Source of the DNA: Massalongia carnosa | Taxonomy: Eukaryota | DNA: 64,000 nt | Direction: 5' to 3' | Assembly: GCA_965645245.1 (NCBI GenBank) | Contig: OZ287071.1 | Location: forward strand, 1,178,001 to 1,242,000 | Shown here: positions 1-12,559 of the stretch, piece by piece | How the letters are laid out: every line of letters begins with the position of its first letter | Position numbering within the stretch: the stretch's first letter is position 1 | The notes under the pieces: model-generated | The model's input: only the letters and a program-made list of their open reading frames with translations | Told to the model about the DNA's origin: nothing | The model's database searches: none | Translations under genes and position numbers: made by a program

Positions 1-3000
1 AACAGTAGCAGTGTTCAGGTAGCCTATGACCTCTATTTCCTCTACCCTGATACTAACGATAGTAGTTACGAGGACCGTCTTAGCATGCACAGGCAAAGTC
101 AGTAGACATTGAGGCGGGTATTTATGGTGCCAGCTTACTGATCATGTGCTGCGTGCTTCAGAGGCAGATGAAGCATATGTGATTGGGAAGCGAGGACAAT
201 ATACCCCTGTGGGAGCCTACCTGGCCGGAGATGAAATAATCAGGATTGCGAAACAGCACGCAGTTAACATGATCCACCCTGGGTATGGATTTCTCTCAGA
301 AAATGCAGAGTTTGCACGAAATGTTGAAGCAGCAGGTCTAATCTTTGTCGGCCCAACTGCTGAAACTATAGATGCCTTGGGGGATAAGGTGTCTGCAAGA
401 ACATTGGCTATCAAGTCAAATGTTCCAGTAGTACCTGGTACCGAAGGACCTGTCGAGAAGTTTGAAGATGTCAAAGCTTTCACAGATCGGTTTGGATTTC
501 CAATCATCATCAAGGCTGCTTTTGGGGGTGGCGGACGTGGCATGAGAGTTGTACGGGAACAAGCAACGCTAAAAGATTCCTTCGAGCGAGCAACATCAGA
601 AGCTAAGTCTGCTTTTGGCAATGGAACTGTGTTCGTTGAAAGATTTTTAGAAAGACCCAAACATATTGAGGTTCAGCTACTAGGAGACAATCATGGAAAT
701 GTGGTGCATCTTTACGAGCGCGATTGCAGCGTCCAGCGGCGGCACCAGAAGGTGGTGGAACTCGCTCCTGCCAAAAATTTACCCATCGAGGTACGAGACC
801 GAATCCTCAGCGATGCTGTCAAGCTCGCCAGGTCGGTCAGGTATCGAAATGCAGGCACCGCCGAGTTTCTGGTGGATCAACAGCACAGGCATTATTTCAT
901 CGAAATCAATCCTCGCATTCAAGTAGAGCATACGATTACTGAAGAGATCACCGGCATTGATATCGTTGCAGCTCAGATACAGATTGCAGCTGGCGCAACA
1001 CTTCAGCAACTTGGATTAACTCAGGATCGTATAACTACTCGGGGTTTTGCTATTCAATGCCGAATTACTACCGAAGATCCCGCCAAGGGATTCTCTCCAG
1101 ACACGGGAAAGATTGAAGTGTATCGATCCGCTGGCGGCAATGGCGTCCGGCTGGATGGTGGAAATGGGTTTGCTGGTGCAATCATTACGCCTCATTACGA
1201 TTCAATGTTGGTCAAATGTACATGTCTCGCCTCTACCTACGAGATTGTTCGGAGGAAAATGCTCCGTGCACTTGTAGAGTTTCGGATCCGCGGCGTGAAG
1301 ACCAACATTCCTTTCCTGGGATCCTTGCTGACCCACCCTACTTTCATCGAAGGTACCTGCTGGACTACATTTATAGATGATACGCCAGAACTTTTTGCTC
1401 TAGTCGGTAGCCAGAACCGCGCGCAGAAGCTTTTGGCTTATCTAGGAGATATTGCGGTGAATGGTAGCAGCATCAAAGGTCAGATTGGAGAACCAAAATT
1501 CAGAGGTGATATTATCATGCCTAAGCTATACGATGACGATCATCAACATATCGATCCCTCCGTGCCTTGCACTGAAGGCTGGAAGGGGATTATAGATAAG
1601 GAAGGCCCGGAAGCATTTGCAAAAGCTGTTCGTGCAAACAAAGGATGTCTTGTTATGGATACTACATGGCGCGATGCCCATCAGTCCCTGCTCGCTACGA
1701 GAGTTCGGACTGTTGACTTACTAAACATCGCGAAAGAAACAAGTTATGCATATAGTAACGCGTACAGTTTAGAATGTTGGGGTGGAGCTACCTTTGACGT
1801 AGCGATGCGCTTCCTTTACGAAGACCCCTGGGACCGGCTACGAAGGTTGCGAAGGGCTGTCCCTAACATTCCGTTCCAGATGCTACTTCGAGGAGCTAAT
1901 GGTGTGGCCTATTCATCGTATGTTAATAGGAGTGCCATGAATACTCGAGCGTGCTAATTCGTGGTAGATTGCCGGACAATGCAATATACCATTTCTGTGA
2001 GCAAGCAAAGAAATATGGCGTAGATATTTTTCGCATTTTCGATGCTTTAAACGACATTGATCAACTTGAAGTTGGGATCAAGGCCGTACAAAAAGCTGGG
2101 GGTGTCGTTGAAGCAACGGTGTGTTATAGTGGCGACATGCTGAATCCCAAGAAAAAATACAATCTTGAGTATTACATGGCCTTGGTCGAGAAAATAGTGA
2201 AACTCGGAACTCATGTCCTCGGTATTAAAGACATGGCTGGTGTCATGAAACCGAAAGCCGCCACCATACTTATCGGGGCCATACGCAAAAAGTATCCTGA
2301 TCTACCGATCCACGTGCATACCCATGACTCGGCAGGCACAGGGGTAGCGACTTATGTTTCGTGCGCCGAAGCTGGAGCCGACGCTGTCGATACCGCTACT
2401 GACAGCATGTCTGGAATGACATCTCAGCCCAGCGTGGGAGCCTTTCTTGCGTCTCTCGAGGGCACTGGTCTCGAGCCGGGGTTGAACGTGCACCATATTC
2501 GAGCTCTGGATACTTACTGGGCTCAACTACGCTTGTTATACTCGCCTTTTGAGGCCGGTCTTACCGGACCAGACCCAGAAGTGTATGAGCATGAGATACC
2601 CGGCGGACAGCTAACCAATTTGATCTTTCAGGCTTCCCAGCTCGGGCTCGGCGCTCAATGGGCCGAGACCAAAAAGGCATATGAGCAGGCTAACGACCTG
2701 CTTGGTGATATTGTCAAAGTCACGCCCACCTCCAAGGTGGTTGGGGACTTGGCTCAGTTCATGGTCTCCAATAAGCTCAGCTACGATGATGTTCTTCGTA
2801 AAGCTAAAGAGCTTGATTTTCCCGGTTCGGTCCTTGAATTCTTTGAGGGGCTGATGGGGCAGCCTTACGGCGGATTCCCAGAGCCGCTGCGAACAGATGC
2901 TTTACGGGGCCGTCCAAAGCTGGACAAGCGGCCTGGCCTATCGCTCAAACCATTGGATCTGAAAAAGATCAAGACAGAGATCAACGAGAAGTTCGGCAAA

Positions 3001-3599
3001 GCTTCAGAATGCGACGTCGCGAGCTACGCCATGTATCCCAAGGTGTTCGAGGAGTACCGCAAGTTTGTTGCCAAATACGGCGATCTCAGCGTGCTCCCAA
3101 CCCGATACTTTCTCGCTCGACCCGAGGTGGGAGAGGAGTTTCATGTCGAGCTAGAGAGGGGAAAGGTTTTGATTTTGAAGCTCCTGGCTATCGGGCCGCT
3201 TTCGGATACGACCGGCCAGCGCGAGGTGTTTTACGAGATGAACGGGGAGGTTCGGCAGGTGACGATCGATGACAGCAAAGCGGCAGTGGGAAATGTCAGC
3301 CGACCGAAGGCGGACAGCAACGATAGCAGCCAGGTGGGAGCGCCCATGTCCGGGGTAGTGGTCGAGGTCCGGGTGCACGACGGCGGGGAGGTTAAGAAAG
3401 GCGACCCGATCGCAGTGCTCAGCGCGATGAAGATGGTATGTTGCATGCTTGTAGTGGTGATGATGTGGTGTGCTGACATGGTTGTGCGATGCAGGAAATG
3501 GTGATTAGCGCCCCGCATTCGGGTAAGGTATCGAATCTCAAGGTTAAGGAGGGAGATTCGGTGGACGGGCAAGATTTGGTGTGTAAGATTGTGAATTGA
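1..3599 (+). CDS. PYC: Pyruvate carboxylase, 5'-partial; exons <1-18, 66-97, 162-1917, 1968-3435, 3495-3599
   Basis: Biotin carboxylase motifs (HPGYGFLSEN, GGGGRGMR, ERDCSVQRRHQK), carboxyltransferase (RDAHQSL, IKDMAG, HVHTHD) and biotinyl AMKM. GT-AG introns join the frames cleanly; stop TGA 3597-3599. Confidence 0.98.
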
Positions 3600-4532
3600 G
3601 TGGATGATGGTACGAGTACGTTGGAGTGGTCTGGTGCAGAGCGAGTTAGCCTAGGCGATGGAGATGATCTTGGAGGGTTTGGGAGGTTTTCGGTGCGCTA
3701 TTTACCGAGCACCGAGTACGGAGTGTGTTGAGTACTATTTTCTTCGTCATGTTGTGGACGATGGCGTTTCGGGTGTTTTTAGATTTCTCAATGGACCTTG
3801 GACACTAGATTCGTCCTTTTCTACCGGGTACTCTGGCAACATGCCGGTATCCTTTGCCCGTGAAGATGAACTGCCTTTCCTGTAGCTGCTGATTTCGCGT
3901 AAAAACGAACGCACACGCCACGCGTCATCGATCCCGACGACAGATCCGTCGTCAAACGGCAGTGGTTTTCGTTGTACCCGATACGAGTAGGCGGGATGAG
4001 GTAGGATGAGATAGGATGAGGTAGAATGCCCCAAGGAAGGGTGGGCTGATTGGGTGCGGGGTACCTCTGTACTCTATACTCGTACGGAGTACTGTATTTA
4101 TCAGTAACTTATCCTAACGGCAGTGATGAGGTCATCATATTCCCCGTGAGGATCTTAACTCTACTCTAGCACGTCCACCGAGTAATCATGCTGTCCGTAC
4201 CGAGTACTGTACGGAGTAATGCTCGGTATTAACTCCGTACGCGTAGGGTACCTATTACGAATACTTTAACCTAGAAGTTGGGTCAAAGGGGATTCCCTCT
4301 TCCTTTCATACAGAATACAAGATCCCCTTACCTTCATCTTTCTCCCATCTTTCACCATTGCTTCCTTCCATCCCTCAGCAACAAAGTAGCAACGTTAAAC
4401 TCCATTCTTGACACCAGCATCACGATATCTCCCCACTCGTTGACACTGAACATTAGCGAACTAAACCGTCCAAAATAGCTTGCTTGATAAGCACAAGGAC
4501 AACAACAAGGACAGTGGTCAGACGGTTGAGAA

Positions 4533-5114
4533 ATGTCGTCCAATACCAATAGCAAGGGTGTTTTGAGCGCTGCCAATGGAGGGGGAGCTGGGGGGTCGAC
4601 GTCGGATCGTAGACGTGTAAGTCGAACTTTTCTTCTGCTCCGGAGTTTCGGTTACAGGATGCTTGTGCTTGGAGGAGGTCTTATAATTTCCTTACTCGAG
4701 ACGTATCGTATTATTTCTTGGACCATCTTCCTATCTCCTCCTTAGTCTCCTATCACACTCTCTTCTCCCCCGCCTGTGGTTCCCCCCAAAGAAACACCTG
4801 CTAAACCCTCTTCCAGTCATCCGCCTCCTCAGGCAAGTTCGCCAACCTCATCAACCAGAAGCGCAATTCCAGCGACGCATCCAGCTCGGCGCGTAGGGCT
4901 AGCTTCGCAGAGCAGAATAAGGCGCCTGGGTATTTGGGGGGCTTGTGGTCTAGGTAAGTTGAGCTGTGTAAAGGATATTTTTCAGATGGGGGTTAGAGGG
5001 GGTGATAAGGAGAGAGAGAACGGATCGAATGATGAGCGAGATAGTAGGGCTCAGAAACGGCTAATGCTTCGGTGGTGCAGTTTCACAAAGGGGAATGTGA
5101 ACCCGGGGAAGTAA
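4533..5114 (+). CDS. Small (84 aa) protein resembling fungal 'conidiation-specific expression protein'; exons 4533-4616, 4817-4953, 5081-5114
   Basis: Spliced product MSSNTNSKGV...DRRRSSASSGKFANLINQKRNSSDASSSARRASFAEQNKAPGYLGGLWSSFTKGNVNPGK. Both introns are GTAAGT...CAG with CTAAA/CTAAT branch-like sites. Family name recalled, not searched. Confidence 0.8.
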
Positions 5115-8100
5115 GCTTTGAGAAGCACGAGACAAGAAGGTGAGGGAATTTTCTAAGTTGGCTGGTGGGCGTGAAAAAGTGGCGCTTCTGTAACTATTAA
5201 AGCTATGGGGTCTGCCGGAGTGGCAGTGGACTATGTATACATTATGGGGCGAGGCGGAAGGATCATGGCATGGAGGTTCGGAGCTGACACGGCGTTGGGA
5301 TGGGGTTTCTTTTGCACATATTATACCTAGGGCGGGTTAGGTTACCTGGGTTGTTGAATCTTCCGATGGTGGACTTTAATTTCTTATTTCCATTTCAACT
5401 ACTACCTTCTCTACTCATCGACGAGTGTCTTGCTCTTCATTTTTCTTCTCTTCTCTTCTCTTCTCTTCTTCCTGTCTCGTTTTTTTAAAAAGATATAGGT
5501 AGTCAACCCAATAAATCCTGTCGCTGCAACGATTCTTTCCAATCCTCCTTTCTGTTATATTTCCCTGAGAGGATTCTAGAAGCTAAAGGAAGAAGGAAGA
5601 AGGAAGAAGAGAGAAGAGAGGAGAAGGGGGGGGAATCAACCAAGCAGCTTGATACGCGCTTTTTGCGTTCTATAATTTAAAAAGACGTATATATAATCGA
5701 ATAAAACGAAACGAAGAATACGGAGAAGAGTCGTTGATTGTTAGTGCTTGAGGAACGAATTCACTGTTCTTGAAATCCAAAGAATTATAGGGTGCTGACT
5801 CGCGAGGAGGAAATGAAAGATGAATGGATGGCTTTACTTTTTAGTCGGTTGACCTCCTTTTTCTCGTTGTGTACATGCATAATATATCCAATCATCATCA
5901 TCACTATTTTTCCCCTTCCCCCATAAAAAGCCCTCATCTTCACCTTCCCCTCCCTCCTTAATGAAGTGCTCAATCAATCCTTACATATCCTTCCCCCTCT
6001 CTTGTTTATCTATTCTCTTCACTAGCAAGGTTCTCGTCTCAAGGAACCCCCCCCCCAAGGCGGATAGGAGCGGTTGGTAAGGGAGTGAGAGATGGGGGCC
6101 GGGGGTGTAAGTCTTCGATTTTTCCGATTCCCCTCCCCTTGGCGTTGAGAGGGGAAATAGGAGGAAGGCTTGTAGGTGGGGTATGCAGTTTCTTTCTTTT
6201 GTTTTCTTTTTCTTTGGCTTTAGAACCATGCAGGAGATGTGGGAGGAGAGGAGAGTATTAAAGACTGGTTAAACCAAAAAACTCCTCTTCCTCCACATGA
6301 GTTCATCATCAAACATCTCGAACTATCTTCTGTCCTTTGCTTTCCCTTCTTTTTCTTTCTTCATTAATCTTTCTGCAGCACGAATTCTATTCCTTTTTCA
6401 AATTTTTTATTTGCTTATGCTGTTATCATTCACCATCCACCTATTTATCTACTTGGGATACAGCGTGGCGTAGCATATCACATCACTCCAGTCCTTTTCA
6501 TCCCCCCCCCCCTCCCCTTTTCTTCACATTTTCCTACATGCATACAAAATATCTAAATGCTCATATCGCCTCTTCTGGTTTCTTCATTCTCATCCCCACT
6601 GCATCACATCCTGGCCTGTCTATCGTTACGCATGAGATTAGGGGGGTTTGGGGGCAACGCGAGGTAGGTTGCTGGATTAGATTCGAGGGAGTGGAGGGGA
6701 GCCGAAGGGAGGGAGGGATGGATATGTTGTTGTTGTTTTTGATTATTTGGAAGGGGGGGGGCCAAAGGGAAAGGATGGGGCTATGGGGCCATTAGCGAAG
6801 AGAGTGCAGCTGTTGGCTTTAAGAGCCGGGGGTAGGTAGGCCGGGGCTTCGGATGAATGGGATTCGGGGATACTAAGGCTGCGTGAGAGCTTTTAGCGGT
6901 ACTGGCTGCTTGATGGATGGGATGGTTAAGAAGGGGAAGGGGGGGGGGGGGGGGAGAGGGCTGAGGAAGGACGGCACAGGTTGAGATGTTGGGGTTTGGT
7001 TGAGAGCGCGGGAGTGGTGGCTGGGAGAGTTGCGGTTATGGAGGGAAAGGAGAGGGGGATTGAGAAAGAATTTTCTGAAATAGAGAAATATATGGAGATA
7101 AAGAAATGCCCGTGGCAGACAGAACCAACCAGCCAAAGAACACGAAACAATTTAACCCAGCCATCTATCCCTTGCGGGAAACCCCCCGGTTATGAACCTA
7201 AGGCTGACCACTGAATATTCCTTTCCTCCGTTCATGGCTCGTATGCACTGGAAGATCGATCGATCGATCTGCCTATCTACATGAAAGCTGCTACACCATG
7301 ACACAACGCTGTTGATTAGAGTCAACAAAATAACAACATGATATCTACCTTGCTCGCGTCAAATTCCTCGAAGAATTGTGCTTTTTATCGGGTGCGAATT
7401 CTGAGCTGAACAGGAGACTTATCATGTGAGGAGTTAGTCAACGGTCTTGAAAACCTACCTACCCTAAATAGGGAATGCGTACAAACTCCCAGAAAACCAA
7501 GCTAACTATTCCCATACGTGGTCGTTCGACATGCTTTCACAGAACCATAATTAACCCAACTGGTGCGTCTTGAATTGGGCGATGAGAGAAAATTTCTGAA
7601 GATTATGAGCGGAACTGTAAGTTATAGTTACAGGATGGATTTGAATATCACATGTGAAGACAAAAGCTTTGGAGAGAGAGAGAGAGAGAGAGGGGGGCTT
7701 CACGAAGAAATGCAGAAGACAAAATATCTATCATGTAACCAAGGTCCAATTGTACTTCAAATCACAAATCACAAGACTCTCTTCTGTCCGATCGACGACG
7801 CAAAACTTCTGATCACGTTTAAGGTAAGTCGAAATGATTGGTTTCTTCAGGAACTTGAACGGACCTGGGAGTTTCCGATTTTGCTTGGTTTTGCTCTGGA
7901 GAAATAAATGACGGATGTTACTGGGAACCTGTCCTCACGCGAAGATTCCGTTCGAGGTTGATATGTTAGTAACCCCTTTTTGGGCTAAGCCCGGCATTGG
8001 GACTGGAGAGTTCATGTCCTGCCGGAATTTGGTGTTTCGATTCGAGAAATCCACTTGGAATTGACGTGGTTCTGTGTTCTTATATGTGCGAGCATGGTAT

Positions 8101-8600
8101 TCTCTGAACCAAAGGAAACAACCCCGTTTTGGATTAACGTGCAATGCCTGTAGCTATTGGCGAGTCTCTTGGTTTTTTACTTGAACTTATCTTGATTTTG
8201 GGGTATATGGCTAAGGGTACATCCAACATAAGAAAGGAGCTGGATTAGAGAACGGTGGGGGATGAAGTTAACACAGGAATTGGAAATCGTTCAGAAAACA
8301 GCTTTCCCGGATGATGGAATATACATTACGGCGATAGCGGCAAGCCGATTTTTTGTGAGATTAGTATTGTAGCAATGGCAACCATGTCAACTAAAAAGCA
8401 CTCACATTCTAGAGACAACCCCCCTAAAATTTACTCAAACCGCGAGGGCACGCATAAACATAACTACCTGGTACCTGAACGCCGATGATCCCCCCATTTA
8501 TCGTCCGGATGTTGAGGAACCATTTTCCCAAGGCCACTGAAGTAGAGACGAAACAAAGTATATACACAGAAACGATGTCCAACCCTATTTGTTAAAACAT

Positions 8601-9543
8601 TTACTTCGTCAAGGCATCCTTTGCCTTTGAGAATATCTGTTTCCCTTCTGTAAAAGCTTCCTGGCTGCTTGTCTGTGCCTCTTCAATCCCTTCTTTTGCG
8701 GCTGTCTTCGCTTGTTCTCGAAGAGCTTCTTCTCGGCCGCCATAACTAAGAGGAGACGAGTTTGTTAGTAAGGCCCTTATCGTAACCTAGTAGCTTCTTG
8801 AGCAATTGTGATTTGCTTTCCACCACCCGGGAGTTTCATTATTCTTTCCCATAGCTAGGTTCTTTAGTCTTCCGTTCACGAGGAGAGGTTGTCTGCCATC
8901 ATCTAGAGAAGATATACAGCAAGCATTTAAATATGCTCATACAAGCAGGCCCACCTCATCGCCTTCCAGACAAAATCTATACTCGACCAACAGCAATGCG
9001 GGTGAACACAAACTCACTTCCAATATTTTAAAAACCTCGCTCCCTGCGTCAACTGTGCACCAAAATTTATAAAGTGGCATGCGAACAACAGGCCATTTCG
9101 CGGACTAACAGCCAGGGCGTAGCGCATGAAAGTTCCTGAGTAGACCGTCAGAGCCGCGGTCATGCGGCCGGATATTCTGTATAGATAAAACAATTAGCCA
9201 ATTATTTGCTGCTAGCGAGGAGAGAAAATGTAGGGGGAAATGTCATAAGGCGATTAGAGATAGAGTGGTGGGAAAAGAATATTAGTCTTGCGCAACGCTG
9301 GGAGAAGCGGCAAACGTACATCTCGGGATCTTTTTGAGTATCCATCACTGCCGCAATGGGGATGCCAAAGTTCGAAACCGGGCCCCAGAAATCTGCAAAT
9401 AGGAAATAAGTCTCTGCTTCGGATGTTCAAACTAGTTGAATAAGAGCTCTAATCATGGGGAAGAGCGTACGTGTTGAGCAAATGTAGCTGAGGACTGGTT
9501 GTGAGCGAATTTTAGCATTGAGTGCTGATATTGCGGCAGCCAT
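8601..9543 (-). CDS. MPC1: Mitochondrial pyruvate carrier 1 (4 exons)
   Basis: Spliced minus strand reads [99 protein letters not shown]...; HFWGP and LLFACH are MPC hallmarks. Absent from the ORF track because the exons are short. Confidence 0.95.
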
Positions 9544-9654
9544 TGTGAAAGTCTGTGCGTGAGTGATGAAAATGTTAGACGAATTTTGAAGACTGATGGC
9601 TCAATAACTAGTATTGAATGGCACGTGAGTTGGTTATCGCTTAAATGATACTCT

Positions 9655-9721
9655 AATCGTGCTAAACCACTTTCGGAATGGAAGAGCATCCCTGATGCTC
9701 TTCCATTCCGAAAGCACGATT
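9655..9721. repeat. Inverted repeat/hairpin with perfect 21-bp stem
   Basis: CTTTCGGAATGGAAGAGCATC (9670-9690), loop CCT, GATGCTCTTCCATTCCGAAAG (9694-9714); extended by AATCGTG/CACGATT across an 8-nt bulge. Confidence 0.95.
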
Positions 9722-10055
9722 AATTCGTATTTAACCATTTCGAGGATTTTATGTCATCTTTCAACTGCCGATAGATTCCTCCGTCCAAAAGTTACAAAAA
9801 CGTTAATCTCACTCTACAGCATTATCATATCATTTGTTTTGATAACTCAGTGTTCCACGATTAGATGATGAGGAGCTTGAACGCCTTGCTTTTCATTTAA
9901 ACTATGTAAATGCCTTTGAACCTATGCGGTCAACTTTCCCTCCAACGCCATCTACCATAAATTCTGATTGGAGTGGGCGCTCACAATCGACTAGAGTTAC
10001 TTGGGTGAGAGAAAGAGAAGAGCTGTATGCTCAAACAAAACTACCAAGAAACGTA

Positions 10056-11002
10056 TCATCGCCCTGGAAACCCAGGGGGTGGAAACCCGCGACCTCCCGG
10101 TGGAGGTTGAAAACCTGGAGGCGGCTGAAACCCTTGTGCTGTTTTCTGTCAGCTCCAAGCACAGCATACACAAAACTTTACTTACGAGGTCCAGGAAATC
10201 CAGGTGGTGGGACAAACCCAGCTGTATATAGATGTTAGCTGTGGCTTATAAAACACACTCAGAAGATTCTTACGTGGTCCTCCAGGTGGCCCGCCCCTGC
10301 CCGCAAATCCAGGTGGTGCACCTCCAGGGAATCCTCCCGGTGGAAATCCAGGGAATCCGCCGGATGGTGCAGGGCCTCCCACTCCCACAGCTGGTCCACT
10401 CAATCCAACTGGTAAACCCCGTCCTGCAGGTCTACTAATACCTGGACCAGCAGCCAAAGTCGGTGGAGCCGTTCCAGCGCCCCCTGGTGCACTTGTGCCC
10501 AATCTCGAAGAAGGATCGGCAGGAGGTGGACCATCGACTGAGCACGAGACAATATGTGTACCACGAACGATGGTCAACCCTAAGGTTCGCTTTTCCTCCG
10601 ATTCGACTAGAGTTTGTGTAGAGCTTCCAGGGGCAGGTTGAGCTCCCTTTGTAGGCTTTCGTTTGACTCGACGGAACTCTTCAGTATCGGCCAGAACCAA
10701 ATTCATATGCTGTCCATATTAGACACCAGAATAAAGTAAAAACTAACTACTTCAAGATCTCACCTTATCAAAAGCTAACATTTGGCCTGTCATTTGGCGT
10801 CCATCAGTTAAAGTAACCCTCATCCGATAATTGATCTTATCAATAATCAGCCGCACGCTTTATTCTTATACGTAGAGTCATAAACGGTTTAGAAAATCGC
10901 ATAGAGATCCTTACGAGGTTTTGCTGAGAACACAATGTTAGTCCTAGATAAAGCATTGCAAGCTGGCTAAGAACATACCATCTTCCCCTGTTTGTTTGCC
11001 AT
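10056..11002 (-). CDS. SMB1: Spliceosomal Sm protein B (6 exons, including a 9-nt micro-exon 10915-10923)
   Basis: MANKQGKM-QNL-INYRMRVTLTDGRQMTGQMLAFDK-HMNLVLADTEEFRR...LGLTIVRGTHIVS followed by a Pro/Gly-rich tail ending FPGR*. Confidence 0.95.
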
Positions 11003-11273
11003 GGCTGGCAGATAGTCACAATTGCGACTAAGTCTATTCCAAAGATTTTAAAGAAGTTCAAGACTTCTTTTGCTCTTGTTGAAGCTACTTAAAAGCTTAC
11101 AAGTGTGCTAGTAGATATTTTGAAAGTCGCGCGAGCATCGAGCGTGCCAAGAGATGATAGAGCCGCGCTAGACGAAGCTCGCTAAGGATTTTTCGCTAAA
11201 CTACACACAAACTCATGCTCATATACCAACCGACAACTTACTTACAACTTTACTCCTTCAAGAACATTCCGTC

Positions 11274-12028
11274 ATGGTGAGTCTACGGGTTTACTTATTA
11301 TAAAATACTTGACTAATATGTATGCTCTTCAAGGCCGAATCCAAGAAAGACAAGAACGCAAATCCTATGCGAGAGCTCCGCATTGAGAAACTCGTTCTCA
11401 ACATCTCAGTCGGCGAATCCGGTGACAGACTTACACGCGCAGCTAAGGTGTTGGAGCAACTTAGTGGTCAAACTCCTGTTTACAGTATGCATAAATATTC
11501 AATGCGAACTCTCAATTTCCTCCGCCTCTTTACCTTTGTAGCCCCAAGTTTAATCAATATTCCATCTATAGGCAAAGCCCGGTACACCGTCCGCACGTTC
11601 GGTATCCGCCGCAACGAAAAGATCGCAGTACATGTCACTGTTCGAGGGCCAAAAGCAGAGGAGATCCTTGAGCGAGGCCTTAAGGTCAAGGAATACGAGC
11701 TGAAAAAGAAAAACTTCTCGGAAACTGGAAACTTCGGATTTGGCATCAGCGAACACATCGACTTGGGCATTAAGTATGACCCGGCAATTGGCATCTACGG
11801 AATGGATTTTTACTGCTGCATGTGAGTGCATTTAGCTAGTCATACCAAGCAGCAATTTAAACTCTCCACAATACTGATTGCTATCATAGGACTCGACCAG
11901 GTGAGCGTGTTGCAAAGCGGAGACGTTGCAAAACAAGGGTAGGCGCATCGCACCGGATCAATCAGACCGAGACGATCAAATGGTTCAAAAATCGGTTTGA
12001 GGGGATTGTTCGGGGTGACCGAAGTTAG
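11274..12028 (+). CDS. RPL11: 60S ribosomal protein L11 (uL5); exons 11274-11276, 11334-11484, 11572-11821, 11890-12028
   Basis: [53 protein letters not shown]. Divergent from SmB, with ~270 bp between start codons. Confidence 0.98.
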
Positions 12029-12559
12029 GTATCATGTTGCTAAAGTGATAGATGGATATCTGGTTGCTCGTGGCACTCTTGATATGCTTAAGCTAGCAGC
12101 ATGTCGGATCGTTGCTTCGTGAAGACATATACACATCAATCATTAATTTGACAATGGAGGCTTCACGTGGGTGATTTGCCGTCTAACCATTATGATGATA
12201 TGATGCATGTTTTGTCGCGGCCTCTCTAAGCTTGGTGTTCGGAGTAGAAAGGTACTCTGTATGGCGGTATAATCACTATAACCCTTAATCCTTGGGCTCT
12301 TTCGCTCTCTTAGGGCCATAGGAAAAGGTAAGTAATACGGTAAGTATAGAGGTTTTCTTGTTGATATCGAGCGCTTGTTGCCAGTATGCTGAATCCATTG
12401 CTGTTGATAATATCTCAAAACACGAAAAAGCAAAATCTTCATCTAGCGTTCACCTTATATTTTTGTATCTCAAGCTCGATGACTATCAGTAACTCCATCC
12501 AAACGCCATAATATTCCCATTATACATTTCAATCTTAACGCTGAGTTGAGCCGCATTTA

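Noticed and set aside
217..3572. Antisense and alternate-frame ORFs over PYC, and likewise over other long genes
   Set aside because: Shadow ORFs arising from codon bias of the real genes.
5300..7910. Numerous short ORFs in a purine/pyrimidine-run region
   Set aside because: Low-complexity translations with no motifs or coherent splice structure; more likely UTR or intergenic DNA.
8746..9017. Unusually long (~270 nt) third MPC1 intron as a snoRNA host
   Set aside because: No convincing C/D box pair or H/ACA architecture seen.
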